From Macrostomum hystrix (lineage: Eukaryota > Animalia > Platyhelminthes): a DNA stretch of 64,000 bases. The stretch covers positions 15,500,001-15,564,000 of the forward strand of contig CATNEN010000038.1 of the NCBI GenBank assembly GCA_950097015.1, in the 5' to 3' direction. Numbering within the stretch: position 1 is the first letter of the stretch; every line of letters begins with the position of its first letter. Of this stretch, positions 50,197-60,750 are shown in pieces. Made by a program: the position numbers and the translations under genes. The notes under the pieces are model-generated. The model was given only the letters and a program-made list of their open reading frames with translations, did not search any database and was not told the DNA's origin.

Positions 50197-50725
50197 ATTT
50201 CTGTTCGACAGGAGCCATTCCTGTTAGTCAGGAGCCATTGCTGTTAGACAGGAGCTATTTCTGTTAGACAGGAGCCATTCCTGTTAGACAGCAGCCATTC
50301 CTGTTAGACAGGAGCCGTTCCTGTTAGACAGCAGCCATTCCTGTTAGACAGGAGCCGTTCCTGTTAGACAGGAGTGATTTCTGTTAGACAGGAGCCGTTC
50401 TGTTAGACAGCAGCCATTCCTGTTAGACAGGAGTGATTTCTGTTAGACACGAGCCATTCCTGTTCGACAGCAGCCATTCCTGTTAGACAGGAGCCGTTCC
50501 TGTTAGACAGCAGCCATTCCTGTTAGACAGGAGTGAATTCTGTTAGTCAGGAGCCATTCCTGTTCGACAGGAGCCATTGCTGCTAGACCGGAACCGTTCC
50601 TGTTAGACAGGAGCCATTTCTGTTAGACACGAGCCATTCCTGTTAGACAGGAGCCGTTCCTGTTAGACAGCAGCCATTCCTGTTAGACAGGAGTGATTTC
50701 TGTTAGACAGGAGCCGTTCCTGTTG
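50197..50725. repeat. 20-bp minisatellite (CCTGTTAGACAGGAGCCATT)n
   Basis: Direct tandem copies with a palindromic core. Confidence 0.95.
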
Positions 50726-51257
50726 GAACTTCAGAACATTTTAATGCACTTGTACTTAAATTGCTAATTGTTAAAAAATGCTCCTGCTAATGTTTATTTT
50801 ATTATAAACAAATTACCACTTAAAATAACTAGCTACCGCTAACTAACATACTTGCTTATTGTGTACATGCCAAATTAAGACTTCAGTACTTATAACCTTC
50901 CCTAAACTATTACTTTCGCAGGCTTCAAGAATGTCATTGCTACACTGCCATTTTATATCGATCCCAATCGAATCACGTGAAACCCTGGGTAGAGAAGGGA
51001 CGAGAAGGGGAGAGGGAGAGGACAGTTGAGAGAAGTGAAATAAAGTTGAAATCGATTATTTCTTAGTGTCGCATTTTTTTAAACTATCGCGTCTATTGTG
51101 GGGGGGATAAGGCTTGTAGATTGTTCGAGAAGCATGTGTTTTTGTTAGAGCTAATAGGGAGACACCCAAAAGTTGAAGAGAAGGAGAGAACACTTGACTT
51201 CCTCTCTAGTGGATCCTTGGCGCAGCAGCAGCAGCCGCAGCCGCCGCCGCCTGCCAC

Positions 51258-53842
51258 ATGCTGTCCGCCGCGGTCGATCGGGGCCTAAAGCCTCGGCCGC
51301 CTGGCCGTAACTCGGCTGAGCAAGTCAGACCAGCGAGCCAGCGGGTCTCACGTAACGGCAGCCGCAACGAGGACGTCTCGCCTATGTCGGCTGACTCGTT
51401 GAATAGCCAGGCGTCGGCCGCCGCCACGGGCAGGTCAGCGTTTCATCGTCGTCTATTTCATCGCCTGCGTCGGTATTCAAGTCCTTCTCAGTCTAGCCGG
51501 GCCGATCAGCAACTGTTGATGGCCTACAATTTTCAAACGGCGGTTGAGTTCAATTTGAAGAGTGAGCTGTACGTCTGCAAACGGAAACTGGTTAGCAAGT
51601 GCGAAGCTCTGGGCGTGCTCTGCCGCGAGTTGGACAAGCTTCGGGAGGAGCGCGAAGAGTTTAAGGCGCTGGCCCAGCAGGTGAGACCGATTGGTCTGTC
51701 AGTGAGCGGCTGCCACACAAATTGCTTGAGTTCATCCAGCCATAAGATAGGAGACGAAAGAATGTTTTCTTTAACAGTAGAAGCACTACGCTCCCCCCTT
51801 GATATTTCGTAGCTCCCAAACCAAATGATTGTTTTACGTGAGGGTTCATATGGACCAAAATTTTCCGCCCTTTACGATGAACCAACTTTCAACTTTTTAT
51901 GAAAAATTAAACCCGTAAATTTTCATGGCAATTCAAAATCAATGCCAACCATTCTGTGCCACGCACAGGCGCACGCCCGATGTCAGATAATGCGTCGCGC
52001 TCTGGGATTCGGCGAACTGTTGGAGGAGCAGATGAAGCCGATGACAGCTGAAGGTGGCGACGAATCGGTGCTGCGCCAGTTGCTGTTTGAGTGCATCGAG
52101 CATAACAAGGCGTTGCAGATAAAAAATGCTGAATTGCAGGAGTCGCTAACCAATGTGCAGGGCGATATGCGGCTGCTTCGATTGAATAATCATCATCAGC
52201 ATCAGCAGCAGCAGCAGCAGCAGCTAGATCCAGTCTGGGTTGAAGAGCGTTGCCGCCTAGTTGAGCAGTTGGAGGAGTACACCGGTAGGCTCAACCAGCT
52301 GCAGTCTGACCTGAGAACACTGCTAGACGAAAAAGAGGAACTCGTGGTTGAACGCGACGCTCTTAGAGGCAAATACGATAGGGTCAACTGCGAACTGAAC
52401 TACATTCTCAAAGGCGACGCTGGCAAGATTCTGGACATCGACGCTGTGGTGATGGAGAACCGGTACCTGCAGGTGAGGCGAGACGGGTGGATAAGAGAGT
52501 AATATGTAAAGATAGGGCGTGAGTAGCAGGGCTGTCTAACGCGTTTGCCTCTCGTAACAAGGTCGCTGAGCTCGATTCCGCGGCGAGGCCACATTCATTT
52601 GGGCGCAGCCGCGAAAAGAAGGCTTGGGGGCTTGTCGTTCGATTGACGCCCTTGAGAGCCAACTTCCAAGGCACAGTGAGAGTGCACGCTGCCTGACGAT
52701 GAGAAAGTCAGGGCAGATGTACACACCTGTGTGAGCGTGTGCCTACGTACGGTATCTGTGTGAGTGTGTGCTCAGGAGTCAGCCGAATGGGCAGAATTGC
52801 CTCCTCGCTGGCTGCAGGTCTAGTGTCACCAAGTTGTGCCTTTGCTCGCTTCCCTCCTGCAATTATTTTAACTATTAATATGTAAGGATACGTCGGTTTA
52901 GAGCGTTTAATTCAGTATTTGAAGGTCGGGGGTTCGATTCCCGACTACATTGAAACAATTTGTGTCCCTTAGCAAGACACAAAACACAAGCACTGCTTCA
53001 CTTCACCCAGATGTTAAATGGGTACTCAGCATTAGCTGGGATAATTGAAGGTGGGTGTGGCGTCTCCCCAGTCCATGGACTGAACAGATGTACGCAGCCT
53101 TCTTATGCTGGTTATGTACCCACACAGGAGCGACTGAATCAGATGGAGGAGGAGCGGGCCATGGCCTACCAGGCGGTGTCAAAGTACAAATCTATGCTTG
53201 AGCGGCACAAGACAGCAGTGTTTGATTCGCTGGTGACTTTGCATCCGCAGCAGCAGCAGCAGCAGCAGAAGCCGCAGTCGCAGCCGTCTGCATCGACGTC
53301 ATCGCTTTCGTCAGATGCGGCAGGTGCGACCACGATTTCGACGACATCGTCAACTCAACCGGTGATCACTCAGAAGACGGTGAAATCATTGATTTCAACG
53401 CTGAACCCGACTGTGGCCACTCTGCGAGACTTGCAGAGCCTGGCTAAAGCACTGCTGGATACTATACAGGTGGAATTAGCAATCCATTATTTTACTTAAT
53501 GCCTTGGGGATAGATTAGCAATCCATCCATTCTATTCCGCAGGACAAGAATCTGGCGCTGACGCACCAGCGCAAAGCCAACCGACTCCTGGCTGAGCGTG
53601 TCGCCGATCTGGAGCGTCAAGCTAGTGGCATGGAGTGCTCCGGCTACTGGCGCAACGCCTGCTCAGTGTTCATCAAGGCCAGAAGTTTGGACGATGTCAG
53701 GAATCTATTCCCGGAGCGTGTGCCCGGCTGCGAGGAGAACGGCGGCATCGGCGCCGACGATCGAGATCGAGAACGACGGTCCGGTGAAGTTGAAGACGGA
53801 CTTGATCGATGGCCATGTCGCGATCCAGAGGGATTGGGCTGA
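51258..53842 (+). CDS. CCDC149: Coiled-coil domain-containing protein 149-like (DUF2353)
   Basis: Exons 51258-51680, 51969-52472, 53128-53469, 53543-53842 (phase 0). Signatures VCKRKLVSKCEAL, ELNYILKG..ILDIDAVVMENRYLQERL and DLQSLAKALLDTIQDKNLALTHQRKANRLL. Start codon uncertain. Confidence 0.88.
52515..52850 (+). mobile_element. tRNA-derived SINE family B, near full length, in CCDC149 intron 2
   Basis: Head GGGCGTGAGTAGCAGGGCTGTCTAACGCG..GAGCTCGATTCC. Core shared with the lectin-intron copies. 3' stem-loop at 52777-52813. Confidence 0.8.
52888..53105 (+). mobile_element. tRNA-derived SINE family A, in CCDC149 intron 2
   Basis: GGTTCGATTCCC B box. Core TGTGTCCCTTAGCAAGACAC..CACCCAGATGTTAAATGGGTAC resembles CORE-type SINE cores. 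Confidence 0.8.
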
Positions 53843-53919
53843 AATCTCAGTTTCTGTCATGCTTCCCGACTAGTTTGAATCTCAATTTTACACAATCCGA
53901 CTCGCTGAAGACCATGTGT

Positions 53920-54110
53920 TAAGTCTCAGGTTCCCTGAAGTCTCAGGTCCCCTGAAGTTCTCAGGTTCCCTGAAGTCTCAGTTTCCCTGAAGTTTCAGGT
54001 TCCCTGAAGTTTCAGGTTCCCTGAAGTTTCAGGTTCCCTGAAGTCGCAGGTTCCCTGAAGTCTCAGGTTCCCTGAAGTCTCAGGTCCCTGAAGTCTCAGG
54101 TTCCTGAAGT
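53920..54110. repeat. 17-bp minisatellite (AAGTCTCAGGTTCCCTG)n
   Basis: Direct tandem copies. Confidence 0.92.
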
Positions 54111-54389
54111 TTGCTTTTCGGCGAGTCGGAACTTTTTGCGAGGCTTCCATTTTACTAACTAGTCCTTCCAGTCTGTTGCTTTTAATCAGCTTTTTGTGCT
54201 TTTTTTGTTGTCGTCTGGTCTATAAAATCCATTTTCGTTAGTTTATAAGTTTTTTCCTTACTTTCTGCATATGAAAAATTGCTATTGATTTGAAAGGAAG
54301 TTTGATGTATTGTATAAATAAATGGGTACAATTGTCTATGGTCAAAATAGTAGTATTTTTTCCAAACTTGCAGACTGGGCAGTTCAGAC

Positions 54390-55025
54390 AAGTATGGCAT
54401 TTCTAGAATTATGGGATTTCTAAAATTGCATGGTTTCCTAAAGTTGACATTTCAGAAAGTATGGGATTTCTGAACGTATGGGATTTTTAACTATTATATT
54501 TTAGAAAGTGTGGGATTTCAGAAAGTATGGGATTTCAGAAAGTATGGGATTTCAGAAAGTATGGGATTTCAGAAAGTATGGGATTTCAGAAAGCATGGGA
54601 TTTCAGAAAGTATGGGATTTCAGAAAGCATGGCATTTCAGAAAGTATGGCATTTCAGAAAGTATGGCATTTCAGAAAGTATGGGATTTCAGAAAGTATGG
54701 CATTTCAGAAAGTATGGGATTTCAGAAAGCATGGGATTTCAGAAAGCATGGGATTTCAGAAAGTATGGGATTTCAGAAAGTATGGGAGTTCAGAAAGTAT
54801 GGCATTTTAGAAAGTATGGGATTTCAAAAAGTATGGGATTTCAGAAAGTATGGGAGTTCAGAAAGTATGGCATTTTAGAAAGTATGGGATTTCAAAAAGT
54901 ATGGGATTTCAGAAAGTATGGGAGTTCAGAAAGTATGGCATTTTAGAAAGTATGGGATTTCAAAAAGTATGGGATTTCTGAACATATGGGATTTCTGAAC
55001 GTATGTGATTTCGACAGTATGGGAT
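54390..55025. repeat. 17-bp minisatellite (GGGATTTCAGAAAGTAT)n
   Basis: Direct tandem copies. Confidence 0.95.
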
Positions 55026-55467
55026 CTCGGCCTTTAGGGATTATAAAAATGAAACGAATAACAAGCAGTCATATCCACTAATGATAGTAGCATGTAACAA
55101 GTAGTCACAAAAATACTACAACTTTATTCGGTTTAAGTCGTTGATTTCGGTTATTTACAATTTGTAGTATTCGACAATAGGCACAAAAATAATTTCTACG
55201 ATTTAGGAATTCTTAGAATCACGATCTACAATATAGGACACACTATATATAAGTTTATCAAGTTTTGAGACCAACAACAAACACCAAAATCTAGTCAATT
55301 TTTAGGGACAACTCTCAAATTGTGACAAACTCAAAACTAGATACAGGAAAGAAAAAAAACTGCATTTTGTTTTAATGTTTATGTTTTTTTCGAAGATTAT
55401 TATAACATAAAGAACATTTAAAGCAAAACAACGCATCCAAAGTTTGCTTTCATTTATAGATTTGGTC

Positions 55468-55768
55468 TCCCAAAAAAGGATAAGTCTTTGTGCGCTCACT
55501 GTGAGCGAGAAGTTAGGCCTATAGCCCAGTAATTTAACAGGTCATTTAATTTTATAATTTACGTCATCAAAACGCAGCCAATTTTTGAGCTTGCCAGAAA
55601 AGCTAGCGTACACTTCTATGCTCAATAACTCGCCAATGGAGAAATTTTTCGTGACCAAATTTTTGTGAGATAAACGTAATACGGTTAACTGTAGACCTGT
55701 TAAATTACTCAGTATTAGGCCTAACTGCTCACTTAGAGTGAGCGCAAGAAGTCTTAGCCGTTTTTGGA
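55468..55768. mobile_element. MITE-like foldback element just downstream of the STAC-like stop codon
   Basis: GCGCTCACT..AGTTAGGCCTA..AGTAATTTAACAGGTC is inverted relative to GACCTGTTAAATTACT..TAGGCCTAACT..AGTGAGCGC. Confidence 0.65.
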
Positions 55769-55792
55769 CACCCGTCATAAAACGTTAGTAAT

Positions 55793-58700
55793 TCATTCGA
55801 ATAGTCGTTCAACAGTGCGCACTGAGCAGTCCAACTCGCGACCATCTTTTAATCGAATCGGGACGGAGTGCTGGCTAACTCTTGGCCTCTGTTGAACCAC
55901 AATCTGGCCCCTGTAGAGCTTCACGGAGCCGCCGCAGTCTGTTGGCACCGTCTGCGGGCAGAGGACTCGCCAGATGACGTCACCCTCGCGAATGCGCTGC
56001 ACGTAGGCGGACGGGAAGAGGCCGACGCGGCCCATGCACTTGCCGCGCCACCAGTCCGGATCGGACATCTCCGTGCAGCTCAGCCTGAAGCCGGGCCTTC
56101 AAAGGAGAAATGTTTATTTAAGTATGTAAAACAGTAAAAACATTCTAGGCTTTGTGTGTTTGTTTCTGTCCATTTTTCACATTTATACTCATAGTAGAGG
56201 CAGTTTTTGCCTGGTTTTCTGAAATGTGAAGCATCGGACTTTTGCCTTGAAGGTCGGAGGTTCGATTCCTGTTTCCAAGAGAACAATTTGTATCCATTTG
56301 CTGTGATACTTAGCTCTGCATCGCTGTAGTTCACCAAGCTGTTAAATGGGTAACACCGGCATTAGCTTGGGTAATTGAGAGGGGTATGGCGTCCCCCAGC
56401 CAATGGACAACACAGCCATAGGCAGCCTTAAAATGCTCTGCTCAATTTACTAATAGTAGAGTAGTTAGCATTTTTTGTTATTCTCGATATTATAGCTTTT
56501 TGCAGACCATTTGATCCTTCGAGCATTCGATTGAATCCACAGTGGCAAAATCCAAGCGTTTCAGGCCGATTTTCAAGTTGTCTATGGCCAAAAGTATGAC
56601 CATAGAGCAATCGGACTGTCCTTCGGACACGCATTTAAGCCTCTCTCCACTGTGCCCTAGAACACAGACTAGACAGTTATCATCAGTTATCATCAGGCCA
56701 CCGAAACATCGGCATACCGACCAAGGCACTTGAGGGTGATAAGCTGCTTGTCCAAAGCCCTACTCACGGTGGCTTCACTCAATTCAAGGCCATCAAATTT
56801 GTCCTACAGCAAGCGTCGCATTTCCTTCAATGTCAGCAGAGGGTTTTTCGTCCAGCGATGCCAGCAGCAGCTGCGCCATATGCTCCACCACCAGCTTTGG
56901 CACCCGGTCACCACCTCGCAGGATCCGATCTCGGCGGCCCGTCAGCTCGTATCGTCTTCGGATGGAAGTAACAGTTTTTCTCTTCACATTCAGCCATCGC
57001 GCGATATTTGATCTGCTGTCGCCTCTTTCGATTGCGCTCACTATCAGCTCCTACTTCTCGTAGCTTATCTTGGCATATGGCCCTCGTTTCACGGGCTCGT
57101 CAACTTCGTCGATGGAATCAAAGCTGTCCTCACTTTCTTCGTCGAACATAGTGTTGGCTGCTTCGCTCTCTGGCGTCTGATGATAACTGTCTAGTCTGTG
57201 TTCTAGGGCACAGTGGAGAGAGGCTTAAATGCGTGTCCGAAGGATCAAATCGATTGCTCTATGGTCATACTTTTGGCCATAGACAACTTGAAAATCGGCC
57301 TGAAACGCTTGGATTTTGCCACTGTGGATTCAATCGAATGCTCGAAGGATCAAATGGTCTGCAAAAAGCTATATTCTTGACATTTTCGAATCGATATTCT
57401 GTCCTCTGCCAGCCAATCAGCACGACCCTATTTCTCAGTCCAGTTCTTTTGACCCAAAATACTTTACTCTCTTAAACTGCTAAAAGCTTTAAATAAGGTC
57501 CGTATTTTTCGAACTTATTAACTAGATGACCAGACAAGACAAGACCGTCTGTCAAATAGGTACCTCAAATCCATTTCGTCTCGATGCCTAGCCTTGAAAT
57601 CGTATAGAACGACGAATAAGTTGCCAGATAAGCGACTGTCGCGCAGCTGAAAATGATAGAATCAAATAAATTTGATAGAAAATAGTAACAGAGAAAAAGT
57701 AAATAGCGAGTTTTTCCCGCACGAGTTTCCGATTTCTTTGTGGTTGTAAATCTGCAGCAGAGTCCACTGGTGGCGTACTGAAGCCAGTTGCTCCCCAGCG
57801 CGTCAAATCATCGGTGTCTAAAAATGTTTTAATTTTTAGAAAGATTTTCAGTAATTTCTGATTAATCTTTAATAAGATCTATTGTTTAGACCCGGACAAT
57901 CACCTTCTGTACATCGTTTTTCCTCTGATGAGGTCGCAAAGTCCGAACTTGAACACGGATGTTCATTAGCAACGTCTGTGGCACTCTCTTGACGCGAGTC
58001 TTCATTTGTCGCAACGCCTTCACCAATGCTCTGTTTAACGTCTGGCGCATCCAATGAGAAACTTTTCATCTTCCATTGGAGCCGTTTCTTACCGAGTTGC
58101 CGTGACATCTCTATGAATTACAGACAATAAATAATTTGATAATGGGTTTAGCCTGGTGGTTAGAGAGTCGTGAGTTTGATTCCGATTTCGCTAGAAAAAT
58201 TTTTGTCCTTGAGCAAGACGACGCGATTAACTCTGCCTTGCATTAGTTCACCCAGTTTTTAAATGGGACCAAACTTTGCTGGGTTAATTAAGAATATGTG
58301 TTGTATACCCCCAGTCCCGCACATACCACCGCTGCCACCATGCCTGCCCGGTGACGATCCGGATGACCCGCCTCCGCGTCTCGGCGAGCCCAGAGTTGAC
58401 GAATGACGCGACGAAGTGTCACTGTCGCGATGCCGTGTGTACAAGCTGTCATTACTGAGCTCGACGTGCCTTTTAGCGCCTGTACTAGTACTGTTCTCCT
58501 GTTCCATGGAGAAACTTTTGTTGCGCCCGAAGGCGAGTTGTTTTCTACGATGCGGATTTGGCGGGCCTGAAATCAAAGCGATTTGTACGCGTTTCTTCAA
58601 GTACCGTCGATGAAAAAAACACGTAAGAAGTGCGCAGCAAGGCCCACTCACCCTGGCTCTCAATAAAGTTCGTGTTAGTAAACGAAGAGCTCTTTCGTTT

Positions 58701-59343
58701 CGCGTCATCATCTAGCCGCAGTAGAGCATTTGCGCCGATACCGCCGCCGCTGCCGCTGCCAACGACGGTGGCGGCCTGATCCGCGTTGTCCACGGAAACG
58801 CTCTTTTTTCGAGAGTCAAGCATCGGTCGAGCTGTTCCAGCCTTGCTTCGCCCTATTTTAATTTTGATTGTAAGCCAAAGCTAATATTTATTATTGCTTT
58901 ATTCGAAAATAATTTCACCTGTATCCTACCTGTATTGGTGTCAGTAGCAGCATTAGCTGCTTGACTGTTTTCTGGCAGCTCAGACGCCAGCAGTTGCGTT
59001 GACTCCAATGCACGCGTGGTGTCAGAGAGTAATTCAGCCTCATCAGCTGCGCATGTTACCAAAGCAACTGTTGTCAAATGCATCGGGGACGTCATTGAGT
59101 CATTTTCTACGTCAGCTTTGGCTGCTGTTGTCGCAGCAGTAGCGGCAGCGGAGGCCGCAGCGATGGCGGCGATGGCGGCGGAGGCAGAGGCGGCAGCAGC
59201 TGCGGTTGTCGGAGGCGGCCCGTGGTCGACGCTTATCGACTTCATTCGAAAGGCATTCATGGTGGCTTTGCGGCGGGCCCAGCTACTGACTGGACTGCCT
59301 GACATCTTGGACATCAGCGACTCGCGGCGAAGACTGGAGATAC
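55793..59343 (-). CDS. STAC-like adaptor, 3' part (disordered region plus tandem SH3); 5' exons lie beyond the window
   Basis: Exons 59343-58930, 58852-58652, 58566-58327, 58110-57904, 57817-57723, 57646-57564 and 56096-55793 join in frame. SH3 FVVLYDFKARHRDEMDLRPG..DWWRGKCMGRVGLFPSAYVQRI is directly followed by a second atypical SH3, as in STAC proteins. C1 domain not seen. Confidence 0.78.
56205..56428 (+). mobile_element. SINE family A copy
   Basis: GAAGGTCGGAGGTTCGATTCC..CACCAAGCTGTTAAATGGGTA..GGCGTCCCCCAGCCAATGGAC. Confidence 0.75.
56493..57371 (-). mobile_element. Internally deleted Tc1/IS630-mariner-type DNA transposon
   Basis: About 194-bp near-perfect TIRs (56493-56686; 57177-57371) flanked by TA. 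Internal transposase N-terminus (RGPYAKIS..SRSNIARWLNVKRKTVTSIRRRY..TLKEM..LSEATVSRAL) has stops and a frameshift; no DDE domain. Confidence 0.88.
58145..58290 (+). mobile_element. SINE family A, degenerate copy
   Basis: TAGCCTGGTGGTTAGAG..TGTCCTTGAGCAAGAC..CACCCAGTTTTTAAATGGGAC. Confidence 0.6.
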
Positions 59344-59399
59344 CTGATTAATTTTTTTTTCCATATTACCACTTCAGTTACAGTTATTTTTCGAACTTG

Positions 59400-59542
59400 G
59401 ATCATTTAGTTTATTTATACACCTTAATCATTCAGTTAATATTCTAGCTTAAATCATTCAGTTTATCTTCTAGCTTAAATCATTCAGTTTATCAACTAGC
59501 TTAGATCATTCAGTTTATCTACTTAGATCATTCAGTTTATCT
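59400..59542. repeat. About 26-bp tandem repeat (ATCATTCAGTTTATCTTCTAGCTTAA) abutting the 5' LTR
   Basis: About 5 copies; the last is cut at the LTR TG. Confidence 0.85.
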
Positions 59543-59789
59543 TGTAGCGTCTAAAACGAACTTTTATTTCAGACTTAGTTACGACTCTAACTTTCTTTAA
59601 TTTCCATAGACAACCCCACTTGTTCCACCAAGAATACTAGGATACTAGCCCTCCCTTTTTCCCATAGATTAACTGTACCAGCTCAATTAAATAAAGCCGA
59701 CCACGGGGGCCAAGGCTCCCCTTCTTAACCCTGCTAAAAGAAATACAAGTTCACCGCCTTAGCTTAATTTGTTGTGGCTAAGAGCCACA
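59543..59789 (+). repeat. 5' LTR
   Basis: TGTAGCG...GCCACA, with AATAAA inside; repeated at 63829. Confidence 0.93.
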
Positions 59790-59791
59790 AG

Positions 59792-59806
59792 TGGTAGCAG
59801 AGCGTG
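59792..59806 (+). other. Primer binding site, tRNA-iMet type
   Basis: TGGTAGCAGAG(CGTG) is complementary to the 3' end of initiator Met tRNA (..CUCUGCUACCA). Confidence 0.85.
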
Positions 59807-59809
59807 ACG

Positions 59810-60712
59810 ATGCCTAGTAGCAAGCGCAACAAACACCAGACCGGACCTGAATCCACACCAGCTGCAGGAAGACACAGAAATGCAATGGATTCACTCGAAG
59901 CAGCAGTACTAGTACCAGCGCCTGCGCCCGCGCCCGTGCCCGCGCCCGTGCCCGCGCCCGCACCTGCAGCTACTCAGAATCAGGAAATAATCCGCAGCAT
60001 AGTGCGACCTCCGATGTTTTACCGGAAGCATCCGGAAACTTGGTTCCGACAGCTGGAATCCCAGTTCGTCCTATCTGGCATCACCAACTCTACGACCAAA
60101 TACCACTATGCTCTTTCGGCCCTTCCCGAAGAAGTGGCTTGTGATATCACGGGCACTACGAATTACGAAGAGTTGAAATCCGCGGTATTGAACAACCTCC
60201 GCGCGGATCGACACCTTCTCATTGAAGAGGCGTTGGCGGCTGTTGAACTCGGTCAGCGACGACCCACTCAGTTGGTCAACGACATTCAACGCCGTTTTGC
60301 AGATGTTGGGCTACAGGTGGACGACGCCATTGTTAAGGCACGTTTGATCGCCGCGCTTCCAACCAACATCAGGTGTGCTTTGGTCGCCCACGAGAGCAGC
60401 CCGTTAGATGTATTTGCCAAGATCGCCGATGGCATGGTCGCCGTAACCGGACGTCCTTCCCCTTTCGTGGATATTCAAAGCCTCTCATATGCGGACAACA
60501 ACCGGAACAGCAGAGAGACTACCTCAGAAGAGCGATACAAGCGACAGCAGCAGCGTCCACTGATTTGTAATGCGCATATTTTCTATGCCAGCAAGGCCCG
60601 CACATGCCGCCCATGGTGTCAGTGGCCAGGCAACAAACCAAAAACTGTATTGCGTCCTAGCCAATCGACCCCGGCTCACTCGCGTTCTGCTTCACCTCTC
60701 CCAAACGCGTAA
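59810..60712 (+). CDS. gag: Retrotransposon Gag-like protein
   Basis: PPMFYRKHPETWFRQLESQF..ITNSTTKYHYALSAL; C-terminal CNAH..ARTCRPWC knuckle-like motif. Confidence 0.9.
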   Translation: MPSSKRNKHQTGPESTPAAGRHRNAMDSLEAAVLVPAPAPAPVPAPVPAPAPAATQNQEIIRSIVRPPMFYRKHPETWFRQLESQFVLSGITNSTTKYHYALSALPEEVACDITGTTNYEELKSAVLNNLRADRHLLIEEALAAVELGQRRPTQLVNDIQRRFADVGLQVDDAIVKARLIAALPTNIRCALVAHESSPLDVFAKIADGMVAVTGRPSPFVDIQSLSYADNNRNSRETTSEERYKRQQQRPLICNAHIFYASKARTCRPWCQWPGNKPKTVLRPSQSTPAHSRSASPLPNA

Positions 60713-60750
60713 GTCATGTGCAACGGCCGGGCCATGACGACAAGCAGGCC
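60700..60750 (+). other. Predicted -1 ribosomal frameshift signal
   Basis: C CCA AAC in the gag frame, a 6-nt spacer, stem GTCATG/CATGAC, and loop GGCC able to pair with GGCC at 60747-60750. pol is in the -1 frame and open through the site. Confidence 0.75.

Noticed and set aside
52690-52720. CTGACGA..GAAA resembling a hammerhead ribozyme core in SINE B
   Set aside because: No stem II or stem III can form; the sequence is better explained as hairpin CTGAC-GATGAGAAA-GTCAG.
52741-52870. GCCTCCTCGCTGGC matching the P3/L3 region of HDV ribozymes
   Set aside because: No GG for P1.1, no P2 partner or J4/2 in the right order; the segment fits a simple SINE-tail stem-loop. A covariance-model search on the family consensus would settle it.
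54508-54946. Three overlapping ORFs (GFQKVWDFRKY)
   Set aside because: 17-bp satellite read through all frames.
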